From: Phoronis australis | Lineage: Eukaryota > Animalia > Phoronida | Assembly (NCBI GenBank): GCA_002633005.1 | Contig: NMRA01000047.1 | Span: 1,017,326 to 1,081,325 of the forward strand | Length of the DNA stretch: 64,000 bases | Reading direction: 5' to 3' | Shown: in pieces, positions 26,101 to 38,100 of the stretch | Numbering within the stretch: the stretch's first letter is position 1 | Layout: every line of letters starts with the position of its first letter | The notes under the pieces: generated by a model | Told to the model about the DNA's origin: nothing | Databases searched by the model: none | What the model saw: the letters and a program-made list of their open reading frames with translations, nothing else | Program-made: the position numbers and the translations under genes

Positions 26101-29100
26101 GTTAAATCAGCCGTTGAAAATGAGAAATTATAGCAAGTACTTCAGTATGAAGTTAGAGGCAAATTACTNTTTCTGATAGTTTCGTACTGTTGTTGCAGGC
26201 AAGGGTCAGGAGGAGGTCAAAAAAGCTAAGCGTGTAACCAAGGAAATTATGAAACTGTTCAGCAAGAAAAACTGCATTGATGTTACCAGCGGTGACATGG
26301 TAAACCGCACCAAGAGGAAGAAGGATGGTGAGGGTAGTGTAACCACGGCGACCACGACCAGTAGTCTGGAGACCATCTGGGCGCGGTTCTCACGGTTATC
26401 CTACTATGATCAGCACGCTGTGACTACGACGTGTGCCACACAGATGGTGGAGCAGATTGGTGGGTTTGCTAAGGGAAGTTGGAACACCCTGCCGGTGATA
26501 GAGAACGTGGCGTTCTTGTTCGAGCTGATGGAATCTTGCCTGAACATTTGTGGATTGACTGAGTTTGTGATTCAGGTGAGAGTCATGATTGAACACGCCA
26601 CTCGTTTGTCATACAGACGAGAGTCATGGCTGGACACGACACTCGTTTCAGGTCAAATGCTCTCGATCACGTGTCCATATGTAACCATTTCTCACCTTAG
26701 GTGACAAATGTCAGCCACGTTATCGCATACCTTGACAGAAGCTCCAAACTATAGAGCCATCATCTGCTTTCTTCCCATTCAGGTACCTTGAAAGTCATGA
26801 ACTGTCCATTTCACCAGGTAGTGGTTCCCTCTGCAAACTTTCATTCACTGAGTTAAAGTACAGTTTCAGTCAACACTCGATGTCAGACCTTCATATAATT
26901 GGATACAAAATACATCACTTATGAACACACTGGGCTGTTCACTTATTACTAGTAGTCATTCATTGGTTAATTGAAGGTTTTCACTGTTGTAGTTGTTGAA
27001 AGAGCTGAGTGAGCTTCAATCACAGCTTCAGTCACAACTGTCGGAGAAGAGCTCTGGTCTGGCAGGCACTTACCCTGGGATACTCTGTCTCAATATTGTG
27101 GCTATATTGAGGAACTATCATTCTTGTCTACTTCTGGAGCAGGATCAGTGTGGGACAGCGTTTGAAGGGTGAGTGTTGTGGGCTGTATGGAGGGAGGGGA
27201 GGGCTACATGGGTACACTGTGTGTTGGTACCGTAATTGTAGTGACTGTTTGTGACCTGGGGTTACTTTCTCTGGAACCTCTACCTCTAAACTTTGCTGGA
27301 AACTTGGCCGATCACAAGGTGTGAAATTTGAATTTTATATGGAAGCGTGCCATGTCATTGGTCAATTTTCAAGTTGGGCTTTGAGTAAGGTTCGGTAATG
27401 TCAGGCCCAAGGGACGTTATCATTGTTGGAATGTAAATGTATTTTCTTGCAACATGGCTGTCTCTCTAATGTGTTCACGAATAAAAGATAGTGCAGTTGC
27501 AACTCTAAATGGTGGTAGTTAGGATTTTATTCAAACATAGTGGACACCGTATCACTATAGCTGATCTGAAATCGTTCATCCTTTAATTGTTTGGTTTGAA
27601 AAAGGAATCGACTGTTCACATTGCCATTATGGTGTTAGTAATAGAACCAGTAGACTCCAAATGTTCCAATGTTCATAGCGTGTTATAAAGGCTAATGGTG
27701 AGTGTTGATTTTGTTTTCTCCCTTGCAGACTTGTAAGTGTTGTGAAACATGTGAGCAACCCATCGGCCTGCACTTCATTTGAGCGATGTATCCTGTCTTA
27801 TCTATACGACCTGTATACTTCCTGTAGTTACCTAAGGGTAAGTATGACTGTGCATAACTGTATACTTCCTGTAGTTACCTAAGGGTAAGTATGACTGTGC
27901 GTAACTGTATACTTCCTGTAGTTACCTAAGGGTAAGTATGACTGTGCGTAACTGTATACTTCCTGTATGGCTGTGCTTAACTGTATACTTCCTGTAGTTA
28001 TCTAAGGGTAAGTATGGCTGTGCGTAACGTAGAGCAGTTTTTTGCAATTCCATGTAAGATCGCGCTAGTGACAGGCAAGTGTTTCTCATGAATTTACTTG
28101 TAGATTAGTAAAGTGGCTGCCACTGAAGTGATTTTTCGGTGAGGCTGAAATGGTGAATTATGTGGGGAAGTTTAATCAGCCGTTGAAAATGAGAAATTAT
28201 AGCAAGTACTTCAGTATGAAGTTAGAGGCAAATTACTTCACCCATGTCTTGAACATGGAAACTTGCAATTTACAACTTTGAATTTCCATACAAATAGAAT
28301 ATCACTAATGACAAAAACTAGATGAAATTGGTGCATTGCTATACAGACATGTTGTTTTGTTTGTTTTATCTAAGTCCTATTGGTAGATATATGTATATAG
28401 TTAGGTGCAAACGTTTCTGTCATTTACACTTAATGACGACATGTTACATTGAAGTCAATGATGCAGTAGTATCATATGGACTTCATTTTTCTTTCCATCA
28501 CAAGCTTTAGACAATTATATAAAATTTACACCTAATGCAAGATTTGAATGTCACCTATTGGAGAGCCTACCAGTTAAGCCTGGAAAGTGTAAATGGAATG
28601 TTGTATTCTACAGAACATGTCTTAATTTTCTGACTAAATACACTTCAGGGACTCAATGTACTTGTCTCACTTCTGTCAACAGGACAAGTATGCACACTTC
28701 TGCAGTGGGGCCATCTCCAAAGTTCAACAGTCGATGTATACAAAGCTGACGCCGTCAAACACTAACTTGCTGTGTGAACCCAACTTCATGGCTAGCATTC
28801 TGGCTAATCCGAAGTAAGCATATAATTAACCTATTTATTTTAATTTGCGGATTTTATAATGTATACTAAGAACAGGCAGAGTTTTGGCTCGTCACAGATG
28901 GGTCATGTGACTATTGATTTAACCGTCTCAAGTCTTGTACTTACTTTTCAAATATTTCACAGTTCGGTCATCATTGTGGTTAACATTAACAAATCGCCCG
29001 TCTTGTATATGGGGCTCAACATAACAGGTTGCAGTTTGCATTTGCGACCTGAAATTTATGAGATGTGAGCTGAGATTTTGGCCAACTTGCATTAGTCTCA

Positions 29101-32100
29101 CATGTGGGACTGTGGGATTCCAACTCCTACGAGCTAAAACGCACCAACTGCATTTTTATTTTCTTATTTTTAATCGTTTTGGAAGTCAGGGGGCACTGCT
29201 ACACAGAAAAATGCTCCATCAGCGTTTTTTTACATTATGGTTATCAAGGTTGTGATACCTGGGATCTGTGTGTTCAAGCTGGATTTTGGAACTGCAAACC
29301 GGGAATTTGTCCAGGTGGCAAACGACTACCTGTAAATGTTCATACTGTGGAAGGCTGGTATACCAATCATCATGTCTTATTACAGAGCCAAACCAGACCA
29401 GAGTATCATCAAACAACTTCACGAGAACCCCGGCAGTAAATACAGCTTTGTCTGTAATGCAATACTGGCTGTGGTCAACTGTCAGAATGTAGAGACGTAA
29501 GTAACATTGCCACTTACAAATCACTGGGTACGACTATAGATTTGAACCTGAGGTCAGAGGTCAGATTGGAAGGGATGAAATTCGAATGATATTAATGACA
29601 CATATGTTGCCATGTTTAACAAAGAATACATGAAAGGTTGAAGAGTAGTGCTCATATGTGGCATTAGGTGCTTCAAAATATCAATATGAAAATGTAGAAT
29701 ACTCAGAGTTATGTTTTCTTTTATTTTTTGTCTGTGCAAAATGTCAGACTAAATTCATGAATCTGGCCTACGAAAAATACCAAAATTTCCCTTTTCCGTA
29801 GCTGCTAATCAGAGAGCATTACATATATTTACTAGGATCCTTTGTAAACAAATGGCAAAATTAATAAGACATGTTCTGTTGGCAGGTTGAATGAGATTGG
29901 CTTGCTATGTGCAGAGCTAACGGCTAGCTGTATATCTCTGAGCTCTGAGTGGCTGGGGGCTCTGAAGGCTCTGTGCTGTTCTTCAGACCACAGTAGCTGT
30001 GGATTCATGGATGTCTTGACACAAGTTGATGTGAGTAGTCACTGCATGTGATGTTGATGTGAGTAGTCACTGCATGTGATGTTGATGTGAGTAGTCACTG
30101 CATGTGATGTTGATGTGAGTAGTCACTGCATGTGATGTTGATGTGAGTAGTCACTGCATGTGATGTTGATGTGAGTAGTCACTGCATGTGAGACGGTTGG
30201 TTGGTTTATCGAGACTTTTTGAGAAATTCGATCATTGGAAATGGAGGAAGTCTGTCACCTTGAAATTTTTTGAAATACATGATTTGCATGTCAAGTATTC
30301 ATGACAATGAGTAGGTTCATTAGACGAAGAAGTGGATAATATTGTATGAACTACCATTCAAACACGTTTCTTACTTCTACAGGCTGCAAGAGAACAAAGG
30401 GAAGCTTTAGTTTATCACCCTGTGACTATAATTAGTGTGCAGTTATCACTTGTCTCTTCTTCAGGTCGTTGATGTGTCTATTCATGACAACATTGCCATT
30501 TTCACGTCTATTCTCATCGCTCGCTACTGTTTTTCACTCACCGATTTGGTCGCTCATGTGTTCTTGCCATCATTAATGGCTGCCAGACCGTCAGGTGAGT
30601 AGCCATTGTATGGTGTCTGGGTGTGGTTATTTCATGAACATAGTGTTTTGTTCAATTTTTGTGGGAACTTGTGGTTTTTGTTCTTATTTTACAAATTTGC
30701 CAAATGTTTAAATTGGGGTTGTCTTAAATAATATTCAGATGTTTGTTAAAGTCACCGTGTCAGCTTAATATGTTGTGGAGGTGTGTGCAGTACATAAATA
30801 ATCAAACTATGTGGAACTCCTAGTCCTGGCAACTGAGTGTGAGAGGAATTCGCCATTCAAGTTTCTATGTTGATCAGTACTAATCATGATGGAGTAACTG
30901 AAATTTGTCCAATTATTTTTGGTGTGATAGGAATTGCAGCCCTCTACCAAATATCGTTTTGAGATTTATGTTGTTGTGTCTTTATTGTAATACTTCAAGA
31001 CCATCAGCCCACAGCACAATAATATGTGTTGTTACCAAGTGATGCTAACAAGGATTCTCGTAATTTGAATGAGTTATTCACAAAATTAATTTAACAAGGT
31101 TTAAGACTTTCTGCTGCGCAGTAGTTTTCATCAAAAGTGTAAACATGTACAAATTTGGCTCATGCTAATACCATTTCTTCTGGAAGCACCTTCTTATAAC
31201 TCAAAATGAAATTCATTTTCACTACATTTGTCTGGTTTACAAAAATTGCATATACGATATTGCCTGTCAATTGGTAAGTGACGACTGACTTTTCAATTAT
31301 TAACTTATTGGTTTGAGCATCTGATTCTGACTAGTGCAGATGTATGTGGTCGTGACAAATGTAATGAGATATAACTCTACAGTTGGAAAGGAGTTTAAAA
31401 GTACATTTCTGTGAAGATGAAGTGACACACTGTGATTCACCCCCAGTGTATGTTTTGACTCTTCATCTTTAGGTTTCTGCATAATTGGACTGAAGGCTAG
31501 ATCACAACTGCATTTTGCTTAAGTACAAGTCAATTATAGCGTGTGAAATAACAATTGTGTTAAATAACAAACTGAAGCAAAATTTAGGATTTCTCATTAT
31601 GTTTTGATGTGCGTGTCCCAATACCAGTTCTGAATGCGTTGTTTCGTCCCTGCAGGAGAAGAACCTGAGGCCGAACCTGGCGCCCGACTTTCCTGCCACC
31701 TGGTGGTCACTCTGTTCAAATCGAGGCCTCAGTTTGGCAAGTCGCTGCGACAGGAGGGCAAGATCAAGTCATCGTGTGATCGCCATCTGTTGGAGGCATC
31801 ACACAACAGTGTGGACATTGGTGCTGTGTTAGCTGTGCTCAAGGCTATACTGGTGTTGGGTAAGAGCTAGTGTTGTACTGGGCTTACAGTTATGTGTTGT
31901 TGCTAAGTTGAGATATTTTCATGCAGCAAGAGGCTTTAACGTAATTTCCTGCTAAATTGACAAATCGTCACGTATAAAGAAAATATAAATATATAAAGAC
32001 TCTGCATTCCAGGTGACAATGACAATGGTCGTAGTAAACGTAAGGACCGAGATGGAGATGTTTTCCTACAGCAACTGCTGAGCAGTGTCAGCGATCATGA

Positions 32101-35100
32101 TGATATGGATTTGGACCAGATTAGGTAATGGGCATTTAGAGCAAGGTGCCATTTGTCCTTGGGGTCAACTCAAATTTTTGGCTTGTCCGTAAGTGAGCCT
32201 TTCATTTGGGAATACACCTCTTGTTTTACCAAAGGTTTACGACTGTTTCCTGTCTGAAAAGGATTATGAAAACTCAAACTTTGTGCAGTGTTTGAATACG
32301 GTGTCACCTTTCTTCACATTCTAAGTGCTTCTTGCACCCCACTGACTCGTTGCTTTAGCCATTTTCAAAAGCATACTAAGGTTTATTATCTAGAGGTATT
32401 GTAGAATTACACAGAATGACACGTCAACTAATTTGAATAACAACAGCAATGATGATACTTTAAATTAACAAAGAGTTGTCCCCACTGCTTCTTGTAAGGT
32501 GTGTTCCACAACCGGTGTAACCCTTTAGTTTCTCTAGTGGTTATAGATACAATTGGAGAATTCATTATGGTTTTGCTCAATCATAACTCGGTCCATTCAA
32601 TGCTTGCTTTCAGTGCTGCAGAGAATGCTGGACTGAGTGACTTTGCCAAACTGGCTCTTCAAAAGATGTGCTGCCAGGACTGGGTGCGGGAAAAGTTCCT
32701 GAAGGAACCCGAGAAGATGTTCACCTCTGACCTTCTGTTGGACTCTGTACTCACACACAAACAGGTACAAAGACATGGTGTGACACACCTTCACTCGGTA
32801 CTCACCCACAAAGAGGTACAAAAAACTGCTGTAATACACCTTCACTCAGTACTCTCCTTTAACAGGTACATGAAATTGCCACACAACTTCACTGGGCAGT
32901 CACTTACAAACATTTTCAAAGAGATGGTACTTACAGCAGGTACATTTTTTGAAAATAGACATTCTGGATTGTTCTACCATCAAAAAATGTTTGGCTAGTT
33001 TTCAGGGACAGATACAAATCATCTGATGTCACTTTTGATTGTGTTTAAAAACTTTATTGAAGTTAAAGCATGTATCAGTGAGTTTTGATGACAAAGATTT
33101 ATAGTTTTGAAATAATTGCATTTTTATTGTAACTTGCAATTAATATGGAAATGAATGTTTTAATAATGGATTTATAATGCTCATTATTGGACCATTGTAC
33201 GTATGTGATGGTCATTAAATTATATGAAGCCCATTCTCTGTTTATCTCCTTCGGGTCCACATGGTACTTTTGGCAGATTCAGAATTAAACGAACCCCTGC
33301 TTGAGTATCTTAAGCATGTTAGTTTTCAGGTGACTTAGGATGTAAATTTTCTTTGCACAGGCTCAACACCTACTGTACATGATATGTTACCCCGGTGACG
33401 AGGTGGCCCAACTGTACCGTCGTGAGCAGGACCAGCGCCACGTCATCACTAACATACTGCAGAATCTGGACAAGTGGTTCCTGCGTATTTCATGGATGGA
33501 GCTGCAGCTGCTGTTTAAGCAGACCCCGCCCAATGTAAGTGCAAGGAGCGGGTTGGGAGAATTGGCAAGTTGCTTCCGACGCATGAATGCGACATTGTTT
33601 TGATCCGAAACCAGTGTTGTGTTCAATAAAGGGAGTGTTTCTCAAGACTTTCTGCAAAATATCATGACCTGTATAATTTAAATAGTTACTGGTCAGGGTG
33701 TTAACTTACCATTTTCTATTATAATGTAACATTCCGGTTGAATCGTCCTATTACTTTCGGTAGTGGCCATTTTCCTAGGTTACAAGTTAAAACACTTAAT
33801 ATCTTTCATTGCATTGGGCTAAAAGTGATCCTGCCATACTTGCAAGGCATGCAGTTATCTGGAATCTTTACATTTTTCTCGTAGGATGACAAGACGTTGC
33901 TTGACAACATCGCCAAGGCAACCATTGAAGTGTTTCAACAACAGACTGAACAACGGTGAGCTCTAACGTCTGAGGAACATAAACTAAATAACGAAAAGAC
34001 TACAACTTGAATCCCAGCACCTGACCTTACTGTCTTCAAGTGGTTTAATTTTCCATGAATTTGCAACGATTTGTATTTTAATGGAAATGTTCGTCGAAAG
34101 AAAACTGGTGAGTCGATGAATGTTATGACTCATTCAGTAGGAGTATGATATGCAGCAAATTAGGAGACGTTACTGAACTTGCTTGAGATTTGTTCAACTC
34201 CGACCTAATCCACCAGTGGCACAGGCTTGAAAAAGCCAGCAGACACTGGCTAAACATTGCTTTTGTTCAGTAAGGACTCGTAATGTTCTGCATTGTAAAA
34301 CGACTTTCCCAAATGTCACTGCAATCCCCAGTTCATTGTGTTTTTGTAGTATGGAGGCTGAGCGTGACAGCGTGTGGCTTGTGGGGCCGCTCATTGCCAA
34401 GTTACCTACCCCAATACAGGGCCGTGTGCTCAAGTCTGCTGGTCAGGTGCTAGAAACAGGCAACAACTTCTGGTCCAAGAGCAAAGCTGACAGGGACCGA
34501 CTGCTGCAGAAGAGGTAATAGTAACTTGCATTGACTGAATCTGATGTGATGTCTGTAAACGCATGTGCATTTTATGTGTCATTTTGGCTGTACGTTGTAC
34601 TTTATTTGAGTGATAATATGGAGTAATATTTCAGTTTTCTGTAGCTTCTCCATCTCATGGTCAAATGGTTAAACAATCGGAGGGACAGGCACTGAGTCCA
34701 TTGAGTGTCATCCAACAACCAATAGCTGCTCCACCTTGTGGTGAAATTAAAACAACCAGGGATAATTGCTCCCTCTCATGACACTTTGATAAATTGAGCT
34801 GGAGTAATGTGTATACCTAACTAGTTCGTTGATTTCCATGTTAAGATTCTGACACGTGAAATCATTAAGATCTGTATTTTCTATTGCCACCAGCTCTCTG
34901 CTGAGCCACCAACCTTTCCTGTCGTTGGTGCTCAACTGTCTGCGTGGTCAGGACCAACAGAGGGAGGGTTTGTTGGAGTCGCTCAGTACACAACTGGAGA
35001 AGTTCATCACCAACTCGAAGGAGGTATGGCACTGCTGTTGTTGCCTTTTATTTGTACACAGTGTCCTCTTGTATGCTCATTAAGGATGTAAGCACCTCAA

Positions 35101-38100
35101 AATCTCACCAATTTTGTACAAAATATTCACCAAAATAGCACTTTTCCATTTTTCAATGACTTCTAACATTGTTGAGAATGCCCGCAATTTTTCAAAATAT
35201 TTTCTTATGGTAACTATGCTACAGATCTTGAATACTATGCGGCATCATTTTGGCACTATGGGTCATTCATCAAAAAGTGAGAATAAATAATATTGTAAGA
35301 CAAAATTTCACTTTTTTGCCATATTTTGTCCTAAATTAGTTAGATTTTTAATTAAACTAGATAGACTATATGTTTTTAAAGTCGCATTGTACACTCACAG
35401 CCCAACAGTTATTTTTTTATTGGCAAATGTTGTTTTGGTTTGTTTAATTATGTGTTATAAAAGTGAGACAGCTTTTCTATTTCCATGACTGTGCTATATC
35501 TGAGGTGGATGGCATATGTGGTATTTATAGTGTGTTAAATTGTCTCAAACATGTTTATGATTGGATGAACTTGATGTAATCCGCTGAAAACCCATTCAGT
35601 GTAACGTTACTTTTGTGTCTTTACTAGTGCTATCCTTTCATGCAAGTGTTTAAACAAGATCTGGCAATGACTTGTTTGTTGCTTTTTGGCGCATTGAAAA
35701 CCATCGACTCTTGAAGATACTAGGACAGTCCTTACATGGAAACACTGGAAAGTTCGGAGATTAGTTTTCTGGTTGAATTCATAATTTAATGATGTTGCAA
35801 GCTGGTTGTTGTAGTGGTCATTGTGTTGGAGGTCAAGTCTGAATTGTTGGTCAGTTTCTTTAACAAGTTGTGTTGCTGTCATTTTCATTTTGAATTCTAA
35901 TTTAACTCCCACTTTCATGCCAGTTGTGTAATTTCTACGTTTGTCTTGCAGCATGACAAGTTACCCGAAGACCCAAAACTGAAGCAACTGATGTATGAGG
36001 CATTACAGCTTAGACTGAATTTGGTGAGTTGTTTATTTAACTCTAGTGCTATCCATGTGTATGCATTTCGTAAATAATTGGAATAAATTTTAACTCTCGA
36101 TACTTGCCTAGTCCTAGGTCTGTGTAATAGTCCTTGTCGGCAATATTCAGAATATAATGTGCCCACATTTTGAGAACCAGTTTGGTACTTGTTATTTATT
36201 GAGTGGAGAAAACTGGTTCTCAAAATGTGGGCATGATATATCTGGCTATTACTGTCCTTGTCATCTCGTGGGTTGCATTCCGTAGACCTAGGACATAGCT
36301 CTACACTTGTGGCGATAAATCTTCACTTACGGAACGGAAACAGCGAATTTTATTCCATATTTAATGAATTTAATATCATAATTCAAAATCCAACCTCACC
36401 GACCAACCACTGCAGTGGTGGCCATTTTGCTTGGACAGGCTGGCAAGGTCTTGAGCATACTCACGAAACACTCGCTTTCACTCGTGGAATTTTTCGTGGT
36501 CTTTAGTGATCTCACTCCTCTTGCAAGGAATCTTGTTATACGTAACGCTACTCAGTTTGTTGGTTTGTGTTTATGTTTAACTGTGATTCTTGCTGTTGGC
36601 TGGGACATTGTTTGCACATAGTCATGTGACATGCAATAGCATGGTGTCATTGTTGTTGATCGACTGATACAGCTGGTTCATTCACGCTCAGCAGACAATG
36701 TTGGGAATTTTGTATGATAACAGTGAAGCAGTGACACTCTTGTGTGTCAGTGTATGGCAGTCATAAGCTACTTCATTGTGTTTCAGGTCGGCGGGATGTT
36801 CGACACGATACAACGCAACAACAGTGTGACCCAAGAGTGGTCGGTCTTACTGTTGCAGCTTGTTACTCATGGAGTTGTCGACCTACAGAATAACACGTGG
36901 GTGGAGCTAAGGGACTTTGATGGGTGTCAAGTCGGTTGGCATCTAGTCAGCTATATGGGCATTTCAGTGCTGCTGTGTTGCAGGGCTGTGTTTCATATTT
37001 GTTCAGTGGAGACTGTTTACTATTCAGTAATGAAATAGTGTTTGGCATGACTTGTAGGACTGGTGCTGACCTCTGGCACTTGTTATTTATCAAGTATCAT
37101 TGCACAGGCTTTTAATGTATTACGATCATGGACAGTCACTAACATTATGAAACACTTGTTCTTGCTTTGTTGAGACTTAGATTCCAGTGCACTCTTGCTC
37201 ACAAATAATACATTGTTACTGAGTGCATTGTTTTAAATTAAGAACTCTTGACTCATCATTAATGCTGTAGTCAAGGTATTTTTATTTCATTTCTAGCACG
37301 TTTTGACAGAATAGGTGAAATGAACACTTAAGTTATGCCTGCAGCTTTAACATATGTAATGTTTTCCTGTTTTATTTTCAGAGATCTGTTCTACACTGTG
37401 GTAGATATGCTGGCCACATTGATTCACGGCATATTTGTCGGCGACGGTGGTTCAGAACGTAGTGACGAAAACAAGAAGCCATATTTGAATCTCATGAAAA
37501 AACTAAAGGTAGATTGGGTTACTTTCAGTGACATTTAACATTAATGAAAAACATTTCTGAAATGGAGAGACACGATTGTAAATAATTTTTTTTAGTTGTG
37601 CATATGTTTTACGGTCGGTCAGTCACGGGGATTGAATTTAATTTTAGTTTACGCCGCATCTGCAAGGCTATTGTAATTTTCACTAAACATTTTAATTTTT
37701 ATGATTCTCTGTTGTACAGAAAGAGGTGGCTGACAAGATTGCTAATGAGAGTATCATAATAGTACGCCATCTGTTGCCCATACCCAAGGTGTGCTGGGAA
37801 GTCATTACTGCAGAACCTCATGGTAACCTGGTGGATACGAAGGGCAACAAGATCGCCGACTTCAGCTCCATACATAAGAAAAAGGTGCCTTGTTATGGGC
37901 TTGGTCAAACTTTCAATCTTTAGAATTTCAAAACAATAAATTGTTCAGTCAACTAGTGTTTCTATTGTCACTGATATTAACGTTTACATGACAAATAGAT
38001 AAATAAATTTCTATGTCTATTTTCTCTGAACTTGTCGCAAAACCCTGCTGTGTGTCACCTCTTTATCGTTATGGAATTCCTCAAATAACAAACATTTTAT

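Larger units (their letters stand above)
24182..28237. repeat. Tandem near-identical block pair (24182-26168 and 26170-28237) joined by the single N at 26169
   Basis: Direct comparison; contains MED12 exons 16-18 twice. Confidence 0.93.

Noticed and set aside
24182-28237. Genuine exon-block duplication or mutually exclusive MED12 exons
   Set aside because: Junction falls on a single N, differences are synonymous only, tandem use breaks frame, and the same pattern occurs three times in the window.
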